Part shown: positions 35,703-48,407 of the stretch, in pieces
Layout of the letters: each line of letters starts with the position of its first letter
Numbering within the stretch: position 1 is the stretch's first letter
NCBI GenBank assembly: GCA_934486615.1
Contig: CAKSQO010000002.1
Coordinates: forward strand, 112,425 to 176,424
Direction: 5' to 3'
DNA length: 64,000 nt
Origin: an uncultured Eubacteriales bacterium
GTDB lineage: Bacteria; Bacillota; Clostridia; Oscillospirales; Acutalibacteraceae
Position numbers and translations under genes: made by a program
Notes under the pieces: generated by a model
Told to the model about the DNA's origin: nothing
What the model saw: only the letters and a program-made list of their open reading frames with translations
The model's database searches: none

Positions 35703-36881
35703 TTACTTATTAGCGTCAGCTTCCTTGATGATGTACTTGATGGCGCTCTTGTTGACATAGCCGTTCTTGTCCCAGGCGATCTTTGCGCCGGTTACGCCCG
35801 ACATGGTGAAGCCGCCCTGGAACTGCTCTTTAAGGATGTCGCACAGGTCGGAAGCGCTGATGGTTACGGGAATCTCCTTACCGGAGTCGATAGCCTGCTT
35901 CATGGCGCCGTAGATAGCGTATACGCAGTCATAAGCAGAAGCGCCGAACTGGTTAAGAGTCTCTTTTCCGTACTTGGCAACATACTTGTCGATGAACTCT
36001 TTGGCAGCACCGTCGGTCGCCTTGGAGTTGAACTGCGACAGCATGGAAACTTCCTGCGGAATGGAGTTGATGTCGAAGCCATCGATGGAGTCGACGCCGT
36101 CAAGTCCGTCGCAGCCGTAGTAAACAGCGTCGTCGGCGATGATGCCCTTGGCCTGTGTCATAAAGATGGAGGCAGGTGTGAAGTAGATGGGCATAAAGAT
36201 GAAGCTGTACTCTTTAAGGCTGTTGATCTGCGAGCTGAAATCGGTGGTGTTCGCGTCGGTGAAGGCAGCCTCTTTAATGGTAACGGAGCTGTCGAGCTTC
36301 TCCTTAAACTGGTCGTAGACGCCCTTGGAGTAAGCGTCGTCGGACTTGTAGAACACGCCGATGGTCTTACCCTTGAACTGGCTGTTTACATAGTCGGCCG
36401 CAACGCCGCCCTGGTTGCCGTCTGCGAAGCACATCTGATAGCCGTTGTCGTTAGCGGGAACGGCGTCGGCGGAAGCGGACGGGGTGATGAAGAAGACGTT
36501 GTCGTCAGCCGAGAGGTTCTTCCACTCAAGCGCGGGCTTGGTGGTAACGGTGCCCAGAGACACCTGCATGCCGCCCTCGAAAAGCGAAGAATAGTTGGTG
36601 GAGATCTTGGCAGGGTCGTTCATATCGTCGGTAGTGACGAGCTTGAACTTGACGCCGCCCAGGCCGCCCTTTTCGTTGATCTCGTCAACAGCCATCTGAG
36701 CCGCATTCTTAACGCCCATACCGTAAAGCGAAGCGTTGCCGGTAAGCGGGCCGCTCAGGCCGATGACATACTCGGTGTTGTCTGCGGTGTAGCCGCTGTC
36801 GGAACCGCCGCAGCCCGCAAAGCAGGCGGCGATCATTGCCGCGCCGGTAACGGCGGCGGCGAACTTTTTGAAGAGTTTCAT
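35703..36881 (-). CDS. ABC transporter substrate-binding lipoprotein (LivJ/LivK family)
   Basis: The lipoprotein signal is MKLFKKFAAAVTGAAMIAACFAGCGG, followed by a periplasmic binding protein type I fold. The RBS is AAGGGAG. Confidence 0.75.
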   Translation of the reverse strand: MKLFKKFAAAVTGAAMIAACFAGCGGSDSGYTADNTEYVIGLSGPLTGNASLYGMGVKNAAQMAVDEINEKGGLGGVKFKLVTTDDMNDPAKISTNYSSLFEGGMQVSLGTVTTKPALEWKNLSADDNVFFITPSASADAVPANDNGYQMCFADGNQGGVAADYVNSQFKGKTIGVFYKSDDAYSKGVYDQFKEKLDSSVTIKEAAFTDANTTDFSSQINSLKEYSFIFMPIYFTPASIFMTQAKGIIADDAVYYGCDGLDGVDSIDGFDINSIPQEVSMLSQFNSKATDGAAKEFIDKYVAKYGKETLNQFGASAYDCVYAIYGAMKQAIDSGKEIPVTISASDLCDILKEQFQGGFTMSGVTGAKIAWDKNGYVNKSAIKYIIKEADANK

Positions 36882-36908
36882 AATTGTTTCTCCCTTTCTG
36901 ATTTTTTG

Positions 36909-36939
36909 ATTATACAATAAAAGCGACCCTGCCGTCAAC
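36909..36939 (-). promoter_or_regulatory. Sigma-A promoter of the liv operon with an extended -10
   Basis: Minus strand: TTGACG (36939-36934), a 16-17 nt spacer, then TGTATAAT (36916-36909). Confidence 0.6.
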
Positions 36940-36996
36940 AGCAAAGTCGCTTAAATCATCATCGTTTGCGCCCTTTCGACGCTGTTCGGTAATGCT

Positions 36997-37260
36997 TTAT
37001 GCAGCTTTGCCTTTCGGCTCGGTAATAATTCGTATCTGCACCGCTGCGGCAAGAAGAATGGTAGCCGCGATGCTTACGCGAACTGCCGCGGAGCTGATAA
37101 TTATCGCAGCAAAGGCCGCAATAATAACAGAAAGCAGCCCTGCCGCAAGGACAGCGCTGCTCGCAATTACGGTATTGTTTGATTTGAAGGCGCAAGAAGC
37201 TGAGCTCGGTGCAAAAGCATCGTCTGACGTATCACTGTATCGGTTATTCATACAGAACAT
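36997..37260 (-). CDS. Small hydrophobic membrane protein (87 aa), hypothetical
   Basis: MFCMNNRYSDTS... has two Ala-rich hydrophobic helices. RBS GAAGGGAAG lies 9 nt before the ATG. A hairpin (AAGCGAC...GTCGCTTTT) follows and overlaps the liv promoter. Confidence 0.4.
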   Translation of the reverse strand: MFCMNNRYSDTSDDAFAPSSASCAFKSNNTVIASSAVLAAGLLSVIIAAFAAIIISSAAVRVSIAATILLAAAVQIRIITEPKGKAA

Positions 37261-37553
37261 CACAAGCCGCTTCCCTTCAAAAACGCTTACAAAAGGCATT
37301 ACGCTTTTGCGTTGTAAAGTATTATAAGTTATCATTTTTCATTTGTCAATACACAGAATAATATTCCCGCATACTGCACAAAAGGAATTTGAGAGGTGCG
37401 GCAAGCTTTATGCAATCCGCTTGACGATTTTGCACTTTTTACAGCACTTTGCACAGCAAAAAGGAAGATTTTTCCGTTTTCAGGAAAGGCGGCATTTGAT
37501 TTTTTCATCGGCATATGATATGATAAAGCGACAAACCGAAAGGACTGAACAGA

Positions 37554-37805
37554 ATGATTGATTACAGATACGATACCCAGCTGCTCATCGAGGGCGAAGG
37601 TCTTGACGAAGACGCGATAAACGACTACTTCGTCAACAATTTCAAGGGCGACTGCCTTATCGCCGTCGGCGACGAGGAGCTTATCAAGATCCACTACCAC
37701 ACCAACGAGCCGTGGAAGGTGCTCGAATACTGCGCGTCACTGGGCGAAATATTCGACATCGTCGTTGAGGATATGGACCGCCAGGCGCGCGGCCTGAAGG
37801 GCTGA
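37554..37805 (+). CDS. Small protein (83 aa) resembling the C-terminal segment of DAK2-domain fusion (YloV-like) proteins; possible gene fragment
   Basis: LIAVGDEELIKIHYHTNEPWKVLEYCASLGEIFDIVVEDMDRQ resembles the conserved C-terminal module of YloV-type proteins, and no N-terminal DAK2 domain is present. Confidence 0.35.
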   Translation: MIDYRYDTQLLIEGEGLDEDAINDYFVNNFKGDCLIAVGDEELIKIHYHTNEPWKVLEYCASLGEIFDIVVEDMDRQARGLKG

Positions 37806-38098
37806 TTTAAGCGAAAGCCCGCGACTTGCCGCGGTAAATTCAGGCCACTTCATAATCAAAATGATATAATCCAAACAGTGCGGCCTTGAACCTTTTGCTT
37901 TTTTCTGTCTGCCCGACAGGAATCACTCCATTTAATTATTTATCTGCAGTTTAACAAGGTCAAGCTTTAATCGCGCTCAATTTCAGCATTGACACGCAAA
38001 AGCCGAAATTGCTTCTTGTAATTAAACGGGCGCGCTGTTATAATGCAAAAAGCAGAGCGCTTTGCGGAACAAAATTGCGCCTGCAGGAGACAGGATCT

Positions 38099-39454
38099 AT
38101 GGGCTTTGGGAAAGATATGATCTGGGGTGCGGCGACCGCTGCATACCAGATAGAGGGCGGCTTCAACGAGGACGGAAAAGGGCTTTCCGTCTGGGACGTG
38201 TTCTGTGAAAAGCCGAACGTCGTCAAAAACGGCGACAGCGGCCGCGTCGCGTGCGACCACTATCACAGATACAGGGAGGACGTGCGGCTGCTTAAGGAAA
38301 TGGGCGCGAAGTCGTACCGCTTCTCGGTTTCGTGGCCGCGCGTGCTTCCGAACGGCACGGGCGAGGTCAACCCCGCAGGCATAAAGTTCTACAACGACCT
38401 CATCGACGAGCTTATTGCAAACGGAATCGAGCCGATGCTGACTCTGTTTCACTGGGATTACCCGCAGGCGCTTGAGGATAGGGGCGGCTGGCTCAATCCC
38501 GACAGCCCGAAGTGGTTCGCCGAATACGCGCGCGTTATCGCCGAGAACTTCGGCGACCGCGTGAAGCTGTTCGCGACCTTTAACGAGCCGCAGGTATTTA
38601 TGGGCAGCGGCTATTATTACGGCAGCTTTGCGCCGGGCAAGAAGCTGAGCCTGCCCGAGTTCACCCGCGCGTGCTTCAACGTGCTGCTTGCGCACGGCGC
38701 GGCGGTAAAGCAGCTGCGCTCATCGGTGCCCGACTGCCGCGTCGGCTACGTCACGGCGACGGTGTTCTACGCGCCCGAGGACGAGGACGACGCCGAGCTT
38801 ATCGCCGAGGCGAAAAAGCAGACGTTCTCGCTCGACATCGACAATTTCTTCGGCCGCATCGCGTTCTGGTGCGACCCGGTGTTCTTGGGCACGCTGCCGC
38901 AGACCGAGGGGCTTGCCGCAATCGAGCCACACCTGCCCGCCGACTACAAACGGCTGCTCAAAGAAGAAGTGTGCCGGCCGCTCGACTTCTGCGGGCTGAA
39001 CGTCTACTTCGGCTACCGCGTCGGGCGGCGTGACGGCAGCATTAAGCAGCTCAATTTTGCGCCCGACGCGCCGCGCACGGCGATGAACTGGCCGATAACG
39101 CCCGAATCGATGTACTGGGGCACGAAGTTTATTTTCGAGCGCTACGGTCTTCCTGTTTACATCAGTGAAAACGGACTCGCCTGCCCCGATGCGGTCACGC
39201 CCGACGGCGCGGTGCACGATGAAGCGCGCATAAAATTTATGCACGATTACATTTCCGAGCTTGAGCGCGCGGCCGACGAGGGCGCCGACGTTGCGGGCTA
39301 CTACGCATGGTCGTTTATGGACAATTTTGAGTGGAACTGCGGCTACGGCCCGCGCTTCGGTTTGGTGCACATTGACTACGCCACGCAAAAGCGCACGCCA
39401 AAGGACTCTTACTACGCCTACCGTGATTTTATCAAGCGGTTCTACGGCGAATAA
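38099..39454 (+). CDS. Glycoside hydrolase family 1 beta-glucosidase
   Basis: WGAATAAYQIEGG, the TLFHWDYPQAL-type motif, the NEP catalytic acid (FATFNEPQV) and the ENG nucleophile (YISENG) are present. Confidence 0.85.
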   Translation: MGFGKDMIWGAATAAYQIEGGFNEDGKGLSVWDVFCEKPNVVKNGDSGRVACDHYHRYREDVRLLKEMGAKSYRFSVSWPRVLPNGTGEVNPAGIKFYNDLIDELIANGIEPMLTLFHWDYPQALEDRGGWLNPDSPKWFAEYARVIAENFGDRVKLFATFNEPQVFMGSGYYYGSFAPGKKLSLPEFTRACFNVLLAHGAAVKQLRSSVPDCRVGYVTATVFYAPEDEDDAELIAEAKKQTFSLDIDNFFGRIAFWCDPVFLGTLPQTEGLAAIEPHLPADYKRLLKEEVCRPLDFCGLNVYFGYRVGRRDGSIKQLNFAPDAPRTAMNWPITPESMYWGTKFIFERYGLPVYISENGLACPDAVTPDGAVHDEARIKFMHDYISELERAADEGADVAGYYAWSFMDNFEWNCGYGPRFGLVHIDYATQKRTPKDSYYAYRDFIKRFYGE

Positions 39455-39702
39455 AAGATAAGTTAAGCCACCTATCGGCGCGAATTTGACTGCGCCGATG
39501 GGTGGCTTTTTATCCGTGCGGAGATTGGCAGGCAGGGCGGATTTCGCCGATAAGAGCGCGAAGTCCTCCAAGCAGCGCTTTTCTCCCGCTATGCAACCCT
39601 TCCACCAAATCCTCACAAAAAAACCGCCCGAACGTCGGCACAAAGCTTTCCGTTCGGGCGGTTATTGATTATTTAAGGCTTATTGCAGCGTTTTTAAGCA
39701 AA

Positions 39703-41366
<1,664 letters not shown>

Positions 41367-41378
41367 TTATGTCTCCTT

Positions 41379-42194
41379 TCAAGCGCCGCTTCCTGCGACG
41401 ATCTCGGTGATCTCCTGCGTGATCGCGCCCTGTCTGGCGCGGTTGTAGGAAAGCTGCAGCTCGTCTATCATTGCGGCGGCGTTCTTTCCGGCACTGTCCA
41501 TTGCCATACGCCTTGCGGCGACTTCGCTTGCGAAGCTCTCGCGCACGGCGGCGGTGATGACCGCAGCGACGTATTCGGGAATGACCGACGAAAGTATCGT
41601 CACCTCGTCGGGCTCGAACACGGCGTTTACGGTCTTTTTACCCTCGGGCACGGTCAGCGGGAGGACGTCGTTTATCACGGCCTCCTGAGTAAGCATTGAC
41701 ACATAGTGCGTGCTGATTATCGCAAGGCGGTCGAACCCGCCCGCGAGGAAATCGGCGCAAAGCTGCCGAGCGAGCTTATCCGCATCGGCGGCAGAGAACG
41801 TCTCGCTCGAGACCGTCTCACTTGCGAAGCGGTCACACGCGCGCTTGCCTATCGGAATGAACCCGGCTGTCGGATACTCCCTTGCAAGGCGGAACACGTT
41901 TGCGTTGTAGCCGCCTGCAAGGCCGCGGTCGCCCGCGATTATAATTATGCGCAGCCGCTCGTCCGCTTTTTCGCCGTCAAACGCGCGGGTGTAGGGGCTT
42001 TTAGCCCCCTCGGGGCAGCACAGCAGCGTGTCCTTGATGTCGGTTATCGTCGCGGTATAGGCGCGCGTTTTGAACATGGCTTCATTGGCGCGGCGGATTT
42101 TTGACGAGGCGACAAGCCCCATCGCCTTGGTAAGGTGCATTGTGGAATTTACGCTCTTGATACGGTTGCGCAGAGCTTTGGTATCTGCTCCCAT
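41379..42194 (-). CDS. atpG: F0F1 ATP synthase subunit gamma
   Basis: It sits between atpA and atpD. The C-terminal motif LQLSYNRARQGAITQEITEIVAG is present. Confidence 0.85.
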   Translation of the reverse strand: MGADTKALRNRIKSVNSTMHLTKAMGLVASSKIRRANEAMFKTRAYTATITDIKDTLLCCPEGAKSPYTRAFDGEKADERLRIIIIAGDRGLAGGYNANVFRLAREYPTAGFIPIGKRACDRFASETVSSETFSAADADKLARQLCADFLAGGFDRLAIISTHYVSMLTQEAVINDVLPLTVPEGKKTVNAVFEPDEVTILSSVIPEYVAAVITAAVRESFASEVAARRMAMDSAGKNAAAMIDELQLSYNRARQGAITQEITEIVAGSGA

Positions 42195-42198
42195 ATCA

Positions 42199-43689
42199 TC
42201 ACTCCATTTCCTTCAGTGCTTTTTCCAGCTCGGCGACGTCGCTGTCCTCGAAGCAGCCCTGCTCAAATCTGGCAAGCAGGTCGGGGTACTCGTTGTTCAT
42301 CTTTTCGTACAGCCGCTGCTCCCACTCGCTGACCTTGCTGACAGGCACGCTGTCGAGGTAGCCGTGGATAACGGCGTAGATTATGCTGACCTGGCAGCCC
42401 GCGGAGACGGGCGAATTGCGCTTTTGCTTAAGCACCTCGACGATGCGCTCACCGAGGGCAAGGCGCGCCTTGGTGTCGGCGTCGAGGTCGCTGCCGAACT
42501 GGGCGAACGACTGCAGCTCGCGGTACTGCGAATAGAGCAGCTTCAGCTCGCCGGAGACCTTTTTCATCGCTTTAAGCTGGGCGGAGCCGCCGACTCGGCT
42601 GACGGAGATACCGGGGTTGATTGCAGGCATAATGCCCGCGTGGAACAGCTCGGTCTCGAGGAATATCTGACCGTCGGTTATCGAGATGACGTTGGTCGGG
42701 ATATAGGCCGAGACGTCGCCCGCCTGCGTTTCGATTATCGGCAGGGCGGTTATCGAGCCGCCGCCGTACTCGTCGGCAACGCACGCTGCGCGCTCGAGCA
42801 GTCTTGAATGGAGGTAGAACACGTCGCCGGGGTACGCTTCACGTCCCGGCGGACGGCGGATAAGCAGGCTGAGTGCGCGGTAAGCGACGGCGTGCTTGGA
42901 CAAATCGTCATAGATGATAAGCACGTCCCTGCCCTGCTCGCGGAAATATTCCGCCATGGCGCAGCCCGCGTATGGCGCGATATACTGCAGCGGAGCGCTC
43001 TCGCTCGCCGAGGCGGAGACGATGATAGTGTACTCCATAGCGCCCGCGCGCTCAAGCTCGTTGGCTATCTGAACGACGGAGGTGCTCTTCTGCCCTATTG
43101 CGACATAGATGCACAGCACGTCGCTCGAGCGCTGATTTATAATGGTGTCGATCGCGATCTCGGTCTTACCGGTCTGGCGGTCGCCGATGATAAGCTCGCG
43201 CTGGCCGCGGCCGATCGGTATCATACCGTCGATTGCCTTAATACCGGTCTGGAGCGGCACGCAAACGCTCTTGCGCTCGATTATTCCGGGCGCTTCGGCC
43301 TCGATGGGGCGCGTCTCGTGCGTGTCGACAGGACCTTTGCCGTCGATTGGAGCGCCGAGGGCGTTGACAACGCGGCCGAGCAGCGCTTCGCCGACGGGAA
43401 CGGAGAGGACCTTGCCCGTGCGCTTGACCTGCGTGCCCTCGCGAATGTCGTTATTATCGGAAAGAATTGCGACAGAAACCGTCTCGTTTTCGAGGTTCTG
43501 CGCCATACCGAGCGAGCCGTCCTCAAATTCAAGCAGCTCGCTTGCCATACAGTTGCGCAGCCCGTAGACGCGGGCGATACCGTCGCCGACAAGGATAACG
43601 GTGCCCGTCTCGGCCATTTCGGTGCGCGAGCGGTAAGCGCGTATCTGTTCTTTAATTATGCTGCTTATTTCTTCGGGATTGGTGCTCAT
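42199..43689 (-). CDS. atpA: F0F1 ATP synthase subunit alpha
   Basis: GDRQTGKT is the P-loop and ATP-synt_ab motifs follow. Confidence 0.95.
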   Translation of the reverse strand: MSTNPEEISSIIKEQIRAYRSRTEMAETGTVILVGDGIARVYGLRNCMASELLEFEDGSLGMAQNLENETVSVAILSDNNDIREGTQVKRTGKVLSVPVGEALLGRVVNALGAPIDGKGPVDTHETRPIEAEAPGIIERKSVCVPLQTGIKAIDGMIPIGRGQRELIIGDRQTGKTEIAIDTIINQRSSDVLCIYVAIGQKSTSVVQIANELERAGAMEYTIIVSASASESAPLQYIAPYAGCAMAEYFREQGRDVLIIYDDLSKHAVAYRALSLLIRRPPGREAYPGDVFYLHSRLLERAACVADEYGGGSITALPIIETQAGDVSAYIPTNVISITDGQIFLETELFHAGIMPAINPGISVSRVGGSAQLKAMKKVSGELKLLYSQYRELQSFAQFGSDLDADTKARLALGERIVEVLKQKRNSPVSAGCQVSIIYAVIHGYLDSVPVSKVSEWEQRLYEKMNNEYPDLLARFEQGCFEDSDVAELEKALKEME

Positions 43690-44225
43690 TATTCGATCAC
43701 TTCCTTTACATCTTTCAGTTTGCGGCGGATACTTCCGTCAATGAGCGTGTCGTCCATACGGACGATAAGTCCGCCGAAAATACTCTCGTCGACCTCGTAC
43801 TCGGCGGTAACGGTGCGGCCGCTGAGCTTTTCGAGCTTTTTGATAAGCGCGGCCTTTTCGCCGTCGGTAAGCTCGACGGCGCTCGTCACCACGGCGACCG
43901 AGGTGCGCTCAAGGGCGTTGAGCATTCCGTTATACTCGCTTACGCAGTCGGAAAACAGCGCTATGCGCCCTTTTTCGCACAAAAGCTGAGTAAACGACAG
44001 CACATATTCGGGCACGCTGTCGCCGAACGCCTGCTCGATAAGCGCCCTGCGCTCCCTTATGGGAACATTCGGCGACTCAAGCAGCGCGTAATACTCGGGC
44101 TGACGCTCAAGCTGAGCATTGATCTCGCCGAGGGCTGCAGCGTACTCCTTCTCCCGTCCGTCCTCCTTTGCAAGAGCAAATATGGCGGACGCGTACTCCT
44201 TACAGGTCTCAGTCATCGTTCTCAC
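43689..44225 (-). CDS. atpH: F0F1 ATP synthase subunit delta
   Basis: Its position and OSCP-like sequence match. Confidence 0.8.
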   Translation of the reverse strand: MRTMTETCKEYASAIFALAKEDGREKEYAAALGEINAQLERQPEYYALLESPNVPIRERRALIEQAFGDSVPEYVLSFTQLLCEKGRIALFSDCVSEYNGMLNALERTSVAVVTSAVELTDGEKAALIKKLEKLSGRTVTAEYEVDESIFGGLIVRMDDTLIDGSIRRKLKDVKEVIE

Positions 44226-44715
44226 CCATTTCCGCGATGACAGAGTCGATTATGGTTCTGTGGTCGTCGGCGTTTATCTCGCGGTGCAGCATCTTCTCGG
44301 TGAGCACGGTGGAGACATCGACGATCTCTTTTTTGATCTCGGACTGAGCCTTCTTCTGCTCGAGAGCGGCCTGGGACTGAGCCTGACGGACGATACTGTC
44401 GGCCTTTTCCTTAGCGTCGGCGACGATGCGTCCGGAGCGGTACTCCGCCTGCTTGGTCGCATTGTCGACAATGCGTCCTGCGTCGGCTTTTGCGCCGGCC
44501 ATCTTTTTCTCCCACTCGTCGCGGTGCTCGTTGGCGGTTTTCTCGGCCTCGGCGGCCTTTTCATACTGCGCGCCGATTTCTTCTTCGCGCTTGGCGAGCA
44601 TATTTCTGACGGGCTTGAAAAGAAACTTCTTTACAATCAGAAAGAGAATAAGGAGGTTGCACAGGGAGATCAATATCTGCCATATATTGATAGATATGAC
44701 GTCCAAACTTTGCAT
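44209..44715 (-). CDS. atpF: F0F1 ATP synthase subunit b
   Basis: A single N-terminal TM helix is followed by a long charged coiled coil. Confidence 0.8.
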   Translation of the reverse strand: MQSLDVISINIWQILISLCNLLILFLIVKKFLFKPVRNMLAKREEEIGAQYEKAAEAEKTANEHRDEWEKKMAGAKADAGRIVDNATKQAEYRSGRIVADAKEKADSIVRQAQSQAALEQKKAQSEIKKEIVDVSTVLTEKMLHREINADDHRTIIDSVIAEMGENDD

Positions 44716-44727
44716 AGTGCCTGCTCC

Positions 44728-45940
<1,213 letters not shown>

Positions 45941-45998
45941 TTACTCACTCCCTTCGCAGGACAAGGCGTTTTTCGGCTTGTCCGAACAGGTATGAACT

Positions 45999-46388
45999 TT
46001 ATCGTGAAGCCTTTTTGTCCATAAGCGGACGGAAGGCAATGGCGATCCTCGGGAAAAACAGCGGCACAAGCACCGCGATGATGTTGAAGCACGGAGCTAT
46101 AGCTCCCGCTCCCGCGCCGATGACAAGCATAAAAAAGCGCGCCGACTGCGAGAACTTTACGCTCGTCGCGGCGGCCTTTTCATCCTTTTTTGTGGCCGCC
46201 TGAACGGTGAGCCCCATAAGGAAGAAGTTGAGCACGGCGAGCGATCCTCCGAGCAGGTTGCCGAGCAAAACGGTGTAGTCCCACTTGCCTATTATAAGGA
46301 ACACGGCCTGCATAAGCGCGCTGCCGATAACGACGGCGGCGGCGATGAAGCCCGTCTCGCGGCGGACGGTCGGGTCGATTCTGCTCAT
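45999..46388 (-). CDS. atpI: ATP synthase protein I (AtpI/AtpZ-like small membrane protein)
   Basis: It is the first gene of the atp operon, small with four hydrophobic helices. Confidence 0.6.
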   Translation of the reverse strand: MSRIDPTVRRETGFIAAAVVIGSALMQAVFLIIGKWDYTVLLGNLLGGSLAVLNFFLMGLTVQAATKKDEKAAATSVKFSQSARFFMLVIGAGAGAIAPCFNIIAVLVPLFFPRIAIAFRPLMDKKASR

Positions 46389-46547
46389 AAGTGATAAGCC
46401 TGCCTTTCAAGCGGTCTTTGCATTGATAGAAATTATAGCTTAAGCCGTGCCGTTTCGGCAATGGTCGCAGGAGTGCGTTTTGCCGAAATTTTGGTCAAAT
46501 AAGGTGATTTGCCTATTCGGTGTTTCGAAGCAGTCCGGCTTCAATAC

Positions 46548-46577
46548 ATTATAGTATTTTATCGCGGCGATTGTCAA
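46548..46577 (-). promoter_or_regulatory. Sigma-A promoter of the atp operon
   Basis: Minus strand: TTGACA (46577-46572), an 18-nt spacer, then TATAAT (46553-46548). Confidence 0.55.
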
Positions 46578-46701
46578 TAAAATCACGCATTAAATTAGCT
46601 GTTTTTTGACATTTGCGCCGATTATATCGGACCTTGACGCCGCCCTGAAAGCGCAAAAGTCGCGCTTAAAACAATTATACGTCAAATAATGAAAAAAACA
46701 C

Positions 46702-46730
46702 TTGCATTTCTCAAATCGTTATGATATTAT
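46702..46730 (+). promoter_or_regulatory. Sigma-A promoter of rpsT
   Basis: TTGCAT (46702-46707), a 17-nt spacer, then TATTAT (46725-46730). RBS GAAGGAGGTG follows. Confidence 0.6.
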
Positions 46731-46784
46731 ATCCGAGTAGCATAATTTTTTATGAACTTAATGATTTTTGAAGGAGGTGGAATT

Positions 46785-47045
46785 ATGCCTAACATCAAGT
46801 CTGCTAAGAAGCGTGTTTTGGTCGCCGAAGTCAACGCTGCCCGCAACAAGGCAATGAATTCTGCGCTTAAGACGTCTATCAAAAAGGCTAACGCCGCCAT
46901 CGAGAACAACGCTGCCGATAAGGCCGAGGCTGTAAAGGCCGCCGTCAAGAAGATCGACCAGGCCGAGACCAAGGGTCTGCTGCACAAAAACACTGCGGCG
47001 AGAAAGAAGTCTGCTCTGACTCTCAAGCTCAACGCATCGAAGTAA
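46785..47045 (+). CDS. rpsT: 30S ribosomal protein S20
   Basis: MPNIKSAKKRVLVAEVNAARNKA is the canonical S20 N-terminus. A terminator hairpin follows. Confidence 0.9.
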   Translation: MPNIKSAKKRVLVAEVNAARNKAMNSALKTSIKKANAAIENNAADKAEAVKAAVKKIDQAETKGLLHKNTAARKKSALTLKLNASK

Positions 47046-47205
47046 TTCATACTTTCGCTATAAACGGGCGTCTGAAACATCGGACGTCTGTTTTTTTATG
47101 CCTGTTTAGGATAAGATGGAGATGGTCGGCGCGAATTTCGGGGCGCGGTGGGTGCTTTTGCAGAACCTGCACGTTGCATATGCGTAGGTTTGCGTGTCTC
47201 CCCCC

Positions 47206-47985
47206 TTACCCGGCGCTTTGAGCGGACTTGTGCCGCTGCTTGCCTGCGCGGTCGATGTAATAATTCTCCCTTATCAGCAGCTCGTCGGCGGTCACGAACG
47301 AGTAGCCCTCGCCCGTCAGCCGCTCGAGTATGACAGGCAGCGCTTCAAGCATTGGCTTTGCGCCGATGTGCATTAATATGACCGAGCCGGGCTTTACGTT
47401 CTTCAGCGCGCACCCGACAACCCTTTCGGCGCTGTAGCCGGGCTTCCAGTCGAGCGAGTCGCAGTCCCATTGCAGCGACTGCAGCCCGAGCCCGCGCGCG
47501 GCGGTCACGGTCAGGTCGTTGTACTCGCCGTAAGGGCCGCGATAAACGGTGACCTTCTTGCCGGTCAGCCGCTCAAGCCGCTCGCTGCACGCCCTTGTAT
47601 CGGCGACAAACTGCTCGCGGCTCATATTTTTGACATGGGAGTGTTTATCGGAATGGTTGCCTATCTGGTGCCCCGCGGCCGACAGCTTTTTGACCGCCTG
47701 CGGATACTTCTCCGCCCACTCGCCGACGGCGAACACCGTAGCTTTCGCCTTGTAGCGGTCGAGCAGGGCTATCAGCTCGTCGACCCCGCTGTCGTCCCAC
47801 GCCGCGTCGAAGGTCAGCGCAAGCTGCCGCCTGTCGTTCTCGACGCAGTAGACGGGCAGCTGTCTTTCGGCCGTTGCGGCAATCAGGAAGCACGCGGCGC
47901 TCAAGGCCGCGACTGCCGCCGAAGCTATGCTCACGGCGCTTATCCACACACGTTTTGTCAGCACAAGAACTTTCAAAATCATCAC
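47206..47985 (-). CDS. Polysaccharide deacetylase family protein (NodB homology; PdaA/PdaB-like)
   Basis: The NodB motifs TFDAAWD and HSDKHSH are present after an N-terminal signal anchor. Confidence 0.75.
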   Translation of the reverse strand: MMILKVLVLTKRVWISAVSIASAAVAALSAACFLIAATAERQLPVYCVENDRRQLALTFDAAWDDSGVDELIALLDRYKAKATVFAVGEWAEKYPQAVKKLSAAGHQIGNHSDKHSHVKNMSREQFVADTRACSERLERLTGKKVTVYRGPYGEYNDLTVTAARGLGLQSLQWDCDSLDWKPGYSAERVVGCALKNVKPGSVILMHIGAKPMLEALPVILERLTGEGYSFVTADELLIRENYYIDRAGKQRHKSAQSAG

Positions 47986-48045
47986 CGATAAATTATATTT
48001 GCGGGTACAAGCAGGCTATGCGTGCTTTTGACCGCAAAGTTTTTG

Positions 48046-48074
48046 TTGACAACGCGTACTTGTGGGATTATAAT
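48046..48074 (+). promoter_or_regulatory. Sigma-A promoter driving the lysine-riboswitch leader
   Basis: TTGACA (48046-48051), a 17-nt spacer, then TATAAT (48069-48074). Confidence 0.65.
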
Positions 48075-48084
48075 TCAAATAAAT

Positions 48085-48300
48085 AAAAAGCAGAGGCGCG
48101 AAATGCATCAGTAGCCCCCGTATTTAAGACCCGCACGGTCAAAGGGGCAAAAGGGCTTTTCGCCGAAACCGAGTCGGCCGCGTGCGGCGGTCGCTTGAGT
48201 TGGGCCGCGGTCGGAACACGTCGCGGACTGTCACTGTGATCGTGGAGCGCTGCAATATTTCCCGCTTTCAGGGCTTGAAGAAGGCTTTTTAAGCGGGCAA
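48085..48300 (+). ncRNA. Lysine riboswitch (L-box) in the 5' leader of the NhaC-family transporter gene
   Basis: AGAGGCGCGAAatgcatcAGTAGCC aligns with the L-box P1/loop-E start (AGAGGUGCGAAC...AGUAUGCC). GCCGAAAC, GGACTGTCA (CUGUCA) and GTGGAGCGCT (GGAGxGCU) blocks lie downstream. The leader is about 330 nt between promoter and RBS. Confidence 0.65.
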
Positions 48301-48407
48301 GTAAGGATTTTGCCGTTTCGCGTTTGCGGGGCGGTGTTTTTTATACCGCAGCTTTGGAGTTTAAGTGGTTTTTACTATTACGGCTTAAAAGAAATGAGGG
48401 AAGAAAA

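Noticed and set aside
34702-35760. 352-aa plus-strand ORF over livH/livM
   Set aside because: It is antisense to conserved permease genes, with no RBS.
38720-39643. 307-aa minus-strand ORF inside the GH1 gene
   Set aside because: It is antisense to a textbook beta-glucosidase and has a shadow-frame composition.
47081-47205. Possible small RNA between rpsT terminator and the deacetylase gene
   Set aside because: It is only about 120 nt with no promoter or terminator pair of its own. It is more likely a plain convergent intergenic region.
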